The translations under genes and the position numbers were made by a program. A stretch of DNA of 64,000 bases from Betaproteobacteria bacterium (lineage in GTDB: Bacteria > Pseudomonadota > Gammaproteobacteria > Burkholderiales > SG8-41): NCBI GenBank assembly GCA_028291945.1, contig JAQGNH010000384.1, positions 569 to 64,568 on the forward strand. The letters run 5' to 3'. Shown piece after piece: positions 47,681 through 56,673 of the stretch (its first letter is position 1; each line of letters begins with the position of its first letter). Below the pieces are notes generated by a model. That model searched no databases and had not been told where the DNA came from. It worked only from the letters and a program-made list of their open reading frames with translations.

Positions 47681-49687
47681 TTAGGCGCTGTTGGACTGAA
47701 TGGCGTTTGGGAAGTTCGCTGCCAGGTCTTGCTCTAAGGCCGCCAGCGCTGCGGTCCAATCACCGCTCAACGATTGCCGATAAATCTTGAACCCCGGAAA
47801 CCACGGCGAGCTGCGGCCGGAATGCATCCAGCGCCACTCGGCCGGTGTTGGCACGAGCACACGCGCGTTCTTGCCGACTGCTGCCCGCAGATGCATGTTC
47901 GTGTTGCTCACCCCGACATAGTCATCGAGCAGGTCCAGCAGGGCGAGCATGCTTTCGAGATCATCGTTCAGAGCCGTAAGGTCGTGAATCTTACGACCAG
48001 TGATCGCCGAAAGGTTGTCGATTTCTCCGGCGAGAGGTCGACGCTGCACTGCTACGAGTGTACCGATGCTGGTCGAGAATGCGTGCGCGAGTGCGTCAAT
48101 CTCGATTTGCTTGAAGAGGACCCAATTGCCGGACCGCTGCTCTTCCGGCATCGTTCCGGCACGCCATGTCAGGCCGATGTAAGGCGGCGGACCCATTGCA
48201 AGCAGGCGATCACGCAACTCCGTCGTTTTGTCGGGCAGCGGCTTGAACCTAACACTGGGTGGCACCTCTGGCCAGTAGACGGCAATCCAGCGTTTGAATT
48301 CCCGGATTGGGATCTCGTCGATCGTGGGGATCTCATGTAAGCGGTTCACTGGATTGTGTCCCAAGACGCGGGGCAGATCGCCTGCGAGAATGTAAGCATC
48401 AGCAGCAGGCAACGCGGCATGCTCGTCGACGACGTCCGCGATGCAAGGCACTCGCGATAGCAGGCTCGCGAGCTTGCTGCTGCCACGATACGTGACTGTT
48501 GCGCCTCGTGCAGCGAGGACGGGCCCGTAGCGCACGAAGAAGAGCTCGTCACCCAAGCCTTGCTCGCCCAGCACACAAATGTGTTTACCGTGCACCGACT
48601 CCAACGCTTCACATGTAATCGGCACCTCAGGATGATTTTTCCGAAACAGTGTTGCGTATGGACGTGAAGCATATTCAGCCCAGCCATCCTGCAAGGCGCC
48701 GTACCTCAGCAAAGCACCACTGAGCAGCTGCGGCGCGGTGGGCGACTCCGCGCTCAAGCGCAGGGCGCGGGAAAACCACCGCAGGCCTTGCTCCGGCCGG
48801 CCTGTCTCAATGAAACTCATCGCCATCGTTTCCGCTGCTTTTGGCGAATCCGACGCCACCGTCACTGCTTTTTCGTACCAGTAATGCGCCTCAAGCAGAC
48901 GGCCCTGCTGACCGAGAGCTGAGCCAAGGATCGTGAGAGCCTCTGGTGCATCGGGGGCACGCGACACGAGGTCACGTGAAACTGTTTCGGCTTCGGTGGA
49001 ACGACCCAGATCGATCAGGACTGAAGCGAGATTGAAATACGCGAGCAGAAAATCGGGAGCCAGACGAATGCATTCGCGATACTGTTCTTCGGCTTCTGCA
49101 AATGTATGCTTCGCGTGCAGGAGCCTAGCAAGGTTGTTTCGTGCGTCGATTAATCCGGGCTCGAGCTCGACGGCTTTGCGGTATTTGTCGATCGCTTCTT
49201 CGCGACGACTCTGATCGCGCATGACGTTGCCGAGGTTCAGCCAGACGGCGGCGGCGTGCGGAAAACGCTTGATCAGGCGGTGAAGCAGCGTTTCAGCTTC
49301 ACTCAATTTGCCGTCCATTGCCAACGAGGCCGCAACGCCGAGCTGAAACTGCGGCTCCTGTGGGTCTAAACGCGTGGCCTTGCGGAATGCGTCGCACGCA
49401 GCGCCGTAACGGCTCAGGGCGAGATAGGCTTGGCCGAGATTCGCGAGCACCCGCGGATTGTTGCGTTGGACGCGGGCCGCGTGTTCGAGGCAACGGGTTG
49501 CTTCCGCGGCTTGCCCGAGCTGAAGGAGGGCGGTGCCGAGCAGATTTAAAGCGTCGGCATTCGCGGGCGCATGTTTCAGCGCCTCCCGGTACAGATCGGT
49601 CGCCTGCGCAATGTCTCCTCTTCGGTGCGCCACCAAACCCGCGTCGAGCCACTGGCGAACGCCGCTACCCGGTATTGCGTAAGCCAT
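47681..49687 (-). CDS. TPR-repeat protein fused to a glycosyltransferase family 9 (heptosyltransferase-like) domain
   Basis: 668 aa. The N-terminal half is TPR repeats. The C-terminal half has GT9-like ICVLGEQGLGDELFFVRY and DDYVGVSNTNMHLRAAVGKNARVLVP. Confidence 0.7.
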   Translation of the reverse strand: MAYAIPGSGVRQWLDAGLVAHRRGDIAQATDLYREALKHAPANADALNLLGTALLQLGQAAEATRCLEHAARVQRNNPRVLANLGQAYLALSRYGAACDAFRKATRLDPQEPQFQLGVAASLAMDGKLSEAETLLHRLIKRFPHAAAVWLNLGNVMRDQSRREEAIDKYRKAVELEPGLIDARNNLARLLHAKHTFAEAEEQYRECIRLAPDFLLAYFNLASVLIDLGRSTEAETVSRDLVSRAPDAPEALTILGSALGQQGRLLEAHYWYEKAVTVASDSPKAAETMAMSFIETGRPEQGLRWFSRALRLSAESPTAPQLLSGALLRYGALQDGWAEYASRPYATLFRKNHPEVPITCEALESVHGKHICVLGEQGLGDELFFVRYGPVLAARGATVTYRGSSKLASLLSRVPCIADVVDEHAALPAADAYILAGDLPRVLGHNPVNRLHEIPTIDEIPIREFKRWIAVYWPEVPPSVRFKPLPDKTTELRDRLLAMGPPPYIGLTWRAGTMPEEQRSGNWVLFKQIEIDALAHAFSTSIGTLVAVQRRPLAGEIDNLSAITGRKIHDLTALNDDLESMLALLDLLDDYVGVSNTNMHLRAAVGKNARVLVPTPAEWRWMHSGRSSPWFPGFKIYRQSLSGDWTAALAALEQDLAANFPNAIQSNSA

Positions 49688-49723
49688 TGTTTTGCTTGCT
49701 CTTGCTTCGTAGTTAACGAGTCG

Positions 49724-49741
49724 TGTTGCAACAATGCAACA
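49724..49741. promoter_or_regulatory. 18-bp inverted repeat TGTTGCA-ACAA-TGCAACA (operator candidate)
   Basis: 7-bp perfect arms, 37 nt upstream of the TPR-GT9 ATG (49687). Shares TGTTGC...GCAACA ends with 49824..49841, exactly 100 bp away. Confidence 0.4.
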
Positions 49742-49823
49742 GCATACCAGAAAAAGTTTTACGCACTCCGGATTTGGATGTCCCGCCAGCAGCGGCGAAA
49801 CCCGCGAGCGAGGTGTTTATCGG

Positions 49824-49841
49824 TGTTGCGCCGGCGCAACA
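49824..49841. promoter_or_regulatory. 18-bp perfect palindrome TGTTGCGCCGGCGCAACA (operator candidate)
   Basis: Perfect palindrome in the 310-bp divergent spacer, 157 nt upstream of the porin ATG. Confidence 0.4.
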
Positions 49842-49997
49842 AGGCCGTCGGTATTTGGGCCCAAAAGAGCGAAATCTGTTGAGGCGCTTTCGGCGTGCTT
49901 GGCATACTCCGATCAACCTCCGTTTCAGGGGGAGTTGAGGGCGGGCTGGAGATGTCTCGCCGGAACGCTGGTTCAAAAACATCAATAGGAGATAGTT

Positions 49998-51176
49998 ATG
50001 CAGAAGAAACTGATAGCGGCAGCGATCGCGAGCGCGTTTGCTGCGCCCGTCGTCGCGTCCGCTGCTGATGGAGCGGGCTCGAGCACGGTCCAGGTTTTCG
50101 GCACGATTTATGTGGAATATTCGTACGCGAAGCAGGGCCGCAATGCGGGTGCCGGTTTGCAACCAGATCGCACGAGTACGGACTTCCTGCAAACGCCCGG
50201 AAGCGAAATTGGCTTCAAAGGCGAAGAGCGGCTCGGCGGCGGTTTGTCGGCCTGGTACCAGTGCACCTCGACGGCAGACCCGCGCGGTCAATCGCAGAAT
50301 GGTTTCTGCAGCCGTAACAGCGCGCTCGGCCTCAAAGGCGCGTTCGGTAACGTCTTCATCGGAAACTGGGATACACCGTTCAAGCGCACGATCAGCCCGA
50401 CCGCGGTGGGCGGTAACGACACCGGAATCTGGGGCACGGCATTTCTGCTGACCGGCGATTCGACGACCGACGCTGTCGGCGCGAACCGCGCGAACTTCAA
50501 GAAGCGCCAGAACAACAGCATCAACTATGACAGCCCGAATTTCGGCGGCTTCCAGGTGATGGGTATGTTTACTTCGGCTCAAGCGTCTACGGCGACACTT
50601 GACAACCAAACGAACAACAAGGCGCGCGTCTGGTCGTTGGGCTTGCAGTACAGCGCCGGCCCTCTGTATGTTTCGGGCGGTTACGAGGAGCATAGGCAGT
50701 ATGCGGGCGTGGGAGCACTTCCGGACGGCACCAAGGACAGGGGCTGGCACCTCGGTGCGGCGTACACCTGGGGTCCGGTGCGCGTTGGCGGTCTGTACAC
50801 ACAGCAGAAGTTCGACGTGGCAGCCGGCGAGGTCAAAGCGAAGGCATGGCACGCGGGTGTGGACTGGACCATTGCCGGACCTCACGGTCTCAGGGCGGCC
50901 TACACTCAGGCGGGCAATATGAGCGGCGTGGCGGGCATTCTCATAGGTACCGCCAGTGGCCCAGGATATCGGCCAACCGCCGGTTCGGATACTGGGGCTC
51001 GGCTATACCAGATCCGGTACGTTTATACGTTCTCGAAGCGCACGGAGTTCAACGTCGGTTACGTCAGGCTGAACAACGACAATAACGCAGCTTACAACCT
51101 GGGTGGCCTCAACGGTGCGCATGCACCCGGCGAAAAGCAACAGGCAGTCGCGTTCTCCATGCGTCACACGTTCTAA
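49998..51176 (+). CDS. outer-membrane general porin (Gram-negative porin family)
   Basis: Signal peptide MQKKLIAAAIASAFAAPVVASA, beta-strand amphipathic periodicity, and a C-terminal ...AVAFSMRHTF ending in Phe. Confidence 0.88.
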   Translation: MQKKLIAAAIASAFAAPVVASAADGAGSSTVQVFGTIYVEYSYAKQGRNAGAGLQPDRTSTDFLQTPGSEIGFKGEERLGGGLSAWYQCTSTADPRGQSQNGFCSRNSALGLKGAFGNVFIGNWDTPFKRTISPTAVGGNDTGIWGTAFLLTGDSTTDAVGANRANFKKRQNNSINYDSPNFGGFQVMGMFTSAQASTATLDNQTNNKARVWSLGLQYSAGPLYVSGGYEEHRQYAGVGALPDGTKDRGWHLGAAYTWGPVRVGGLYTQQKFDVAAGEVKAKAWHAGVDWTIAGPHGLRAAYTQAGNMSGVAGILIGTASGPGYRPTAGSDTGARLYQIRYVYTFSKRTEFNVGYVRLNNDNNAAYNLGGLNGAHAPGEKQQAVAFSMRHTF

Positions 51177-51193
51177 TCTCGCTGCATCCTGGC

Positions 51194-51223
51194 AAAACGG
51201 GCGCTTCGGCGCCCGTTTTTTTT
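51194..51223. terminator. rho-independent terminator between convergent porin and TPR-GT41 genes
   Basis: AAAACGGGCGC-TTCG-GCGCCCGTTTTTTTT: a 9-bp stem and tetraloop, with T8 on the + strand and A4 on the other side. Lies 18 nt after the porin stop. Confidence 0.75.
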
Positions 51224-51240
51224 GTGCACGGCGTCCTTGC

Positions 51241-53514
51241 CTAACTTGCGGTTCGCTCCCGAGCGCGCCGAACAACTGTCGAATAGAGTTGCTCGAGATT
51301 TCGGAGGAATCGATCGGAATCGAACAGTACTGCTGTTTCGTGGGCAGTGGCGAGTCGCTGTCTGACATCGCTCAACAACTCTTTCGACGTCGCGAGCCGC
51401 TGAGCGAGTTGCTCGTAGGCGTCCAGCGAGTACGTGATCAGGTCAGACAACTCCGCATTCGCAAGGATGCTTCCCGACACACGAGCCGCAAACGTTTCGC
51501 CGCAGAGCGCGACCAACGGACAGCCCATCCAAAGACTGTCGCTCGCAGTCGTATGAGACGTATACGGGTGTGTGTCCAGGGCGAGATCAGCGACGCTATA
51601 TCGGGCGAGATGCTGATCCACGGGCAGGCGTGGAGCGATGTGTATGCGATCCGCGGCAACGCCGTGCTCCCGCGCCGCTGAGATCAAGTTGTCAGTAGCA
51701 CGCTGATTGTCGTGCAGCAGCCAAAGAACACTGTTCGGTATCGCCTTGAGCAGCCGCATCCAACACGCGAAGACTTCCGGCGTGATCTTGACCGTCTGGT
51801 TGAAACAGCAGAAAACGAATGCGTCATCAGGCAATCCGTACTCCGCACGTGTCAACGCGGGCGCGACCGGTCGTTTTCGATCATTCGGCTGGTAGCAGTG
51901 CGGCAGGCGCAGAATGCGTTCCGAGTACGCGGGCTCCGATCTCTCCGGTATGAGGAAAGGATCGGCGATCAGATAATCGATGAATGACGCGCCGGTCGTG
52001 CCGGGATAGCCGAGCCACGTCATCTGGATTTCGCAGGGCCGCTGCGCCATCACGCCCAGTCGATCGCCCACCGTATAACCCTTCAGGTCGACCAGCACAT
52101 CGAGCTCATCCGCTCGCATACGCGAGACGACGATATCGTCCGGATCCCACGCTACGTCGACGAAATGCTCTACCGCGTGTTGCAGGCGAGTTCGCATGAC
52201 GCTGCCGTCGTCGGGTCCGTAGGAATACGCAAAGATCTCGAAACGCTCGCGATCGTGCAGCTCCAGCGTTTCGACGAGCAGCGCCGCAACGGGATGTTGA
52301 AAAAAATCCGCGGAGAAATAGCCGACGCGCATTCTGCGAGCATCATGCTTTGCACGCGTGGATTTCGGCACCTGAAGAGTACGTGTTTTTGTGAAGCGCT
52401 CTGCGGCCCAGCGCCGGGTATAGTCCAGCTGCAGGTGCGCGCTGGTTGCTTCGTGCAAGAGCCAGAAAGGACTTCCCAGGTCGCTGGCATGTTCCAGCGC
52501 GGCAGCCATGCGTTGCCAGGCTGAGTGCCAACGTTCCCACTCGCAGAGTCGGTGCAAGAGGTGCACGAGCGCGCCGAGCAAAACGTTCGCCCCCGTCCGC
52601 GCAAGTCCGTCTTCGAGTACGTCCACCGCCGTTTCGAGTGCGCCCCGCACATGATGCATTTGCGCGAGGAGGCTATAAGCATCAGGAGACGAGGGCTCGA
52701 GATCACGCGCCCGAATCGCCATCGTTAACGCTTCGTCGAGCTCGCCACATTGAAAGCAGGCGTTGGCGAGCGCTGTAAAAGCACCTGCGTCCGAAGGCCT
52801 GCCCTCGACGACTTGGCGCAGATGCGCCGTCGCTTCTGAGAAGCGCCCAAGGGCCATGCACGTCGCGGCAAGCTGTTCGCGCGCATCGAGATGCTCCGGG
52901 GCGCATGCAACCGCGTGCGCGAAGCAGGCCCGCGCGCGAGCCATGTCGCCTTGTTCGAAACTGACCACGCCCATGTTGTACAGCGCGTCGGCATGTGTGG
53001 GCACCGTGGAGAGCACTCGTTCGAACTCGCGCGCAGCGCCCGCCCAGTTGCCGGCGCGAGCATAGGCCTGGCCCAGGTTCAGACGCGTGTCGACGTTTTC
53101 TGGATCGAGATCTGCGGCGTGCTGCAACTCGATCACCGCTTCAGCAGTTTTGCCTTGGTGCAGAAGCGAGAGACCCAGCCGCATGCGCACAGATGCAGGC
53201 GCGCCGCGCACCGCGGCTGCGCGACGCAGTGCGCTTTCTGCCGCTTCATATTCCTCGAGCATTAGGCGAGCAAGTCCAAGCTGCTCGAGCGCCGGTCCGT
53301 GATTGCCCGCTACGAATACCGCGCGCTCGAAAAGCGCAGCGGCATCCTCAACATGGTTGTTGAGGAGCTTTGCCGTGCCGAGCAGAAGCAGCGCATCGAC
53401 GTTGTGCGGCGAGCCGCGAAGTATGCGCTCGCAGATGGACGCCGCTTCCGCGATGTCTCCGCTCTGCAATTTGTTGTGGGCTTGCTGCAGCTTGCGCAGC
53501 ACTGGAGTGGACAT
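51241..53514 (-). CDS. TPR-repeat protein fused to GT41-type O-GlcNAc-transferase-like domain (SPINDLY family)
   Basis: 757 aa. About 330 aa of TPRs are followed by RVGYFSADFFQHPVA and LDTHPYTSHTTASDSLWMGCPLVALCGETFAARVSGSIL, characteristic of SPY/OGT catalytic domains. Confidence 0.8.
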   Translation of the reverse strand: MSTPVLRKLQQAHNKLQSGDIAEAASICERILRGSPHNVDALLLLGTAKLLNNHVEDAAALFERAVFVAGNHGPALEQLGLARLMLEEYEAAESALRRAAAVRGAPASVRMRLGLSLLHQGKTAEAVIELQHAADLDPENVDTRLNLGQAYARAGNWAGAAREFERVLSTVPTHADALYNMGVVSFEQGDMARARACFAHAVACAPEHLDAREQLAATCMALGRFSEATAHLRQVVEGRPSDAGAFTALANACFQCGELDEALTMAIRARDLEPSSPDAYSLLAQMHHVRGALETAVDVLEDGLARTGANVLLGALVHLLHRLCEWERWHSAWQRMAAALEHASDLGSPFWLLHEATSAHLQLDYTRRWAAERFTKTRTLQVPKSTRAKHDARRMRVGYFSADFFQHPVAALLVETLELHDRERFEIFAYSYGPDDGSVMRTRLQHAVEHFVDVAWDPDDIVVSRMRADELDVLVDLKGYTVGDRLGVMAQRPCEIQMTWLGYPGTTGASFIDYLIADPFLIPERSEPAYSERILRLPHCYQPNDRKRPVAPALTRAEYGLPDDAFVFCCFNQTVKITPEVFACWMRLLKAIPNSVLWLLHDNQRATDNLISAAREHGVAADRIHIAPRLPVDQHLARYSVADLALDTHPYTSHTTASDSLWMGCPLVALCGETFAARVSGSILANAELSDLITYSLDAYEQLAQRLATSKELLSDVRQRLATAHETAVLFDSDRFLRNLEQLYSTVVRRARERTAS

Positions 53515-53713
53515 GACGAGCTCTTGGGAAATCGCTCGCTACTATACGCGAACCAAGACCACGGGAACCTGCCCTGCCCGGGGCATGAATGCTTAGACAT
53601 CCCATGGACCTGCTTTTAGAATACTCGGCCACGCGTGCCCCAGTGACTCCGCCAATCGTGGCAGGGCCCAGGCAGAATCTCTTGCCGAGTGCGCTACACC
53701 TATCCCTCTCGAT

Positions 53714-55153
53714 ATGGAACAGCGGGCAGAAACCATTCATCTGCGGGACCAGCTGCTGCAGCAACTGACAGAGTTGCTGCGCAGGCACAGGCGCACTGAG
53801 GAAGCGGGGGACGATCACGGCCGGCCTCCGCACGAACGGCTGAAGGATCTGCTGGATAGACACGAGCTCGATCAGCTTCGTCACGAGCTTGACCGGCTGC
53901 ATCCGGCTGACGTGGCGTACATCCTCGAAGCGCTTCCCCTCGACGAACGGTTGATCGTATGGGATCTCGTCAAGACCGAGCGTGACGGAGAGATCCTTCT
54001 CGAAGTATCGGATGCAGTGCGCGAGACCCTCATCGCGAGCATGGATGAGGACGAGCTTGTCGCCGCCGCGGAACAACTCGACACCGACGAGATCGCTGAC
54101 CTCGCGCCGGATCTTCCACGCGAAGTCATACAGGACGTGTTCAAGTCGCTCTCGGTCGAGGAGCGCCAGCAGCTGCGCGCGGCGATGTCCTATGCGGAAG
54201 ATTCGGTCGGCGCGCTCATGGATTTCGACATGGTAGAGATCCGGGAGGATGTCACGCTCGAAGTGGTGTTGCGTTACCTGCGACGACTCGACGAATTACC
54301 CGACCACACCGATCAGCTCTTCGTAGTCGACCGTGCAGCGCAGTTCAAGGGCCTGTTGCCGGTGAATCGGCTCCTCGTGAGCCCACCCGAAGGTTTGGTT
54401 GCGGACGTGATGGTTCGAGATTTCGTTCAGTTCAATCCGAGCGAAAACGCTCAGGACGCGGCGGCTGCGTTCGAGCGCTACGATCTCGTTTCCGCGCCCG
54501 TCGTTGACGATGATGGAAGGCTGGTAGGGCGCATGACCGTAAACGCGGTCGTGGATTACATCAGGCAGGCGCAGGACGCCGAAATGCTTACCGCTGGCGG
54601 ATTGCGCGAGGACGAAGACCTTTTTGCGTCCGTCTGGAAAAGCGTGAAGAACAGGTGGACGTGGCTCGCAGTCAATCTTGTCACGGCTTTCATCGCGTCG
54701 CGCGTAATTGGCGCGTTCGAACACTCAATTGCACAGCTTGTCGCGCTGGCTGCCCTCATGCCGATCATCGCCGGTATTGGCGGTAATTCAGGAAACCAGA
54801 CGATCACGATGATCGTCCGTGCGCTCGCGCTGGGACAGATCAGCGGCGACAATGCGCGCAAGCTGTTCATCAAGGAACTCGGTGTCAGCGTGCTGAACGG
54901 CGTGATCTGGGGAAGCGTCGTGGGTCTTTTCGCTTTCCTGATCTACCATAGCTGGGCGCTTGGCTTCGTAATGACCGCTGCCATGCTGCTGAATCTGTTG
55001 CTCGCGGGAGTCATGGGCGTGTCGATTCCGCTGCTGATGGAGAAACTCGGGCGCGATCCTGCGCTCGGATCGAGCGTATTGATCACCGCCATCACCGATT
55101 CCGGCGGCTTTTTCATTTTTCTCGGTCTCGCTACACTGTTTCTGGTCCGTTAG
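53714..55153 (+). CDS. mgtE: magnesium transporter MgtE
   Basis: 479 aa with an MgtE N-domain (LHPADVAYILEALP), tandem CBS domains and a 5-TM C-terminal channel domain (PIIAGIGGNSGNQT). Confidence 0.93.
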   Translation: MEQRAETIHLRDQLLQQLTELLRRHRRTEEAGDDHGRPPHERLKDLLDRHELDQLRHELDRLHPADVAYILEALPLDERLIVWDLVKTERDGEILLEVSDAVRETLIASMDEDELVAAAEQLDTDEIADLAPDLPREVIQDVFKSLSVEERQQLRAAMSYAEDSVGALMDFDMVEIREDVTLEVVLRYLRRLDELPDHTDQLFVVDRAAQFKGLLPVNRLLVSPPEGLVADVMVRDFVQFNPSENAQDAAAAFERYDLVSAPVVDDDGRLVGRMTVNAVVDYIRQAQDAEMLTAGGLREDEDLFASVWKSVKNRWTWLAVNLVTAFIASRVIGAFEHSIAQLVALAALMPIIAGIGGNSGNQTITMIVRALALGQISGDNARKLFIKELGVSVLNGVIWGSVVGLFAFLIYHSWALGFVMTAAMLLNLLLAGVMGVSIPLLMEKLGRDPALGSSVLITAITDSGGFFIFLGLATLFLVR

Positions 55154-55240
55154 GCGTGAGCGCTCGAGAGCAGTGCCCCAGGTCGGAATAAAGCTGCCAG
55201 CATCTCTGTTGGCCCGCGTGACAGCCGCTGCGAGGTATGT

Positions 55241-55750
55241 TTGAACGACTTCAGCGCACGAGTTCAGGAACTGATACCTCGATTGCGTCGCTATGCACGC
55301 GCGCTCACGGGAGAGCGTGCTGCGGCCGACGATCTGGTGCAGGACACCCTCGAGCGTGCCTGGAGCAAGCTCCACCTGTGGCGTCACGGCAGCGACCTTC
55401 GTGCGTGGCTTTTTACGATTATGCACAACGTGCACGTAAACCAAGTCCGATCGCGGGCATCCGCATTGACGGTGCCGCTGGACGATGACATCGCAGACGC
55501 CCCGGTGCGAGCGACACAGTCCGACATGCTCGAAGTCCGGGATATCGACGCTGCGTTACGCCGTCTCCCTCTCGAGCAGCGCGAAGTCGTGTTGCTGGTG
55601 GCACTCGAACGCATGTCTTACAGCGAAAGCGCGAAAACACTGGGCATTCCGATCGGTACGGTGATGTCCCGGCTCGCGCGTGCACGAGAACGGTTGCGCG
55701 TGATGCTGGCCGATGAATCCCCCGGAGCGAGCCTTAAGGTCGTGAAATGA
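55241..55750 (+). CDS. ECF-type RNA polymerase sigma-70 family factor
   Basis: Region 2 DDLVQDTLERAW...LRAWLFTIMHN and region 4 SYSESAKTLGIPIGTVMSRLARARERL. TTG start; the stop overlaps the next gene (ATGA). Confidence 0.88.
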   Translation: MNDFSARVQELIPRLRRYARALTGERAAADDLVQDTLERAWSKLHLWRHGSDLRAWLFTIMHNVHVNQVRSRASALTVPLDDDIADAPVRATQSDMLEVRDIDAALRRLPLEQREVVLLVALERMSYSESAKTLGIPIGTVMSRLARARERLRVMLADESPGASLKVVK

Positions 55751-56505
55751 GCATTCCCAAGATCACCGACGCCGATCTGCACGCCTATATCGATGGCGAG
55801 CTTCCCTCCGCGCGCGAGGCTGAAGTCGAGGCCCACGTCGCAGCGAGCCCCGATGTGGCGGACCGACTCGCCGCCTATCGGCGAAATGACGAAGCGTTGA
55901 GGTCCCGGTTCGACCCCGTGCTCGAAGAACCAGTGCCGGATCGCCTCACGCAGCGACAAAGTTCAGGCATGCGCCGGTTCGTGCGGTACGCGATGGTGGC
56001 CGGCTGGGTAGGCTTGGGCGGTGTCGCAGGCTGGTACCTGCATGGCGCAAAATGGGGCGAACACCCTGCGGATGCTCCGGCGTGGGCTCGACGTGCAGCC
56101 GTTGCTCACGCAGTGTATTCGCCAGAAGTCAGGCATCCGGTCGAGGTGGGCGCCGACCAGGAAGCCCATCTGATTGCTTGGCTTTCCAAGCGGCTCGGCA
56201 CGCAACTGAGGATTCCACAGCTCAACGGGCTTGGTTACAGCCTCGTCGGTGGGCGACTCCTGCCCGGGGAGCAAGGCCCGGTCGCGCAGCTCATGTACCA
56301 GGAGGCCGGCGGCCAAAGGCTTACTCTTTACGTGCGTACCAATGGCGAGCACGGCAAGGAAACTGCATTTCGTTTTGCGCAGGATGGCAGCGTACGGGTG
56401 TTCTACTGGATCGACCGGGGACTCGGCCTTGCGCTGTCGGGCGAAATCAGCAAAGAGGAGTTGCTGCGGGTCGCGACTGCGGTATATCAGCAGCTCAATC
56501 CCTGA
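55747..56505 (+). CDS. anti-sigma factor (single-pass membrane)
   Basis: N-terminal anti-sigma motif LHAYIDGELPSAREAEVEAHVAASPDVADRLAAYRRND, one TM (AMVAGWVGLGGVAGWYL) and a periplasmic C-domain. Translationally coupled to the ECF sigma gene. Confidence 0.75.
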   Translation: MSIPKITDADLHAYIDGELPSAREAEVEAHVAASPDVADRLAAYRRNDEALRSRFDPVLEEPVPDRLTQRQSSGMRRFVRYAMVAGWVGLGGVAGWYLHGAKWGEHPADAPAWARRAAVAHAVYSPEVRHPVEVGADQEAHLIAWLSKRLGTQLRIPQLNGLGYSLVGGRLLPGEQGPVAQLMYQEAGGQRLTLYVRTNGEHGKETAFRFAQDGSVRVFYWIDRGLGLALSGEISKEELLRVATAVYQQLNP

Positions 56506-56556
56506 TGGGCTCAGCCTCGAGCGCGGATACTTGAGAGGGAGGTAAAACGGAGGGAT

Positions 56557-56593
56557 GCGGGAGGCGGAAGCCGGGGGGTTACCCGGCCCCCGC
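56557..56593. terminator. GC-rich nested hairpin between convergent units (weak terminator candidate)
   Basis: GCGGG-AGGCGGAA-GCCGGG-GGGTTA-CCCGGC-C-CCCGC. There is no clean U-tract on either strand, only CGTTTTA 10 nt downstream on the minus strand. Confidence 0.35.
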
Positions 56594-56607
56594 GTTACTA
56601 CCTAGAA

Positions 56608-56673
56608 CTACTTCTTCTTCGCTGCTTTTTTCTTTGCTGCTTTTTTCTTAGCTTTTTTCTTCGCTGCCATCAT
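56608..56673 (-). CDS. micro-ORF encoding MMAAKKKAKKKAAKKKAAKKK (poly-Lys/Ala peptide)
   Basis: Read directly from the sequence, as it is below the ORF-track cutoff. A perfect AAGGAG (56682..56677) lies 3 nt before the first ATG and 6 nt before the second. The ORF is built from in-frame 15/12-nt repeats. Coding status is unproven. Confidence 0.35.
   Translation of the reverse strand: MMAAKKKAKKKAAKKKAAKKK

Noticed and set aside
49900-49915. TGGCAT element upstream of the porin as a sigma-54 promoter
   Set aside because: The -12 element is missing: TGGCAT-ACTCC-GATC versus the consensus TGGCAC-N5-TTGC.
55185-55215. GGAAT...TCTCTGTT upstream of the ECF sigma gene as an autoregulated ECF promoter
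   Set aside because: It bears only a loose resemblance to GGAAC-N16-CGT-type ECF promoters, and I cannot support it from sequence alone.
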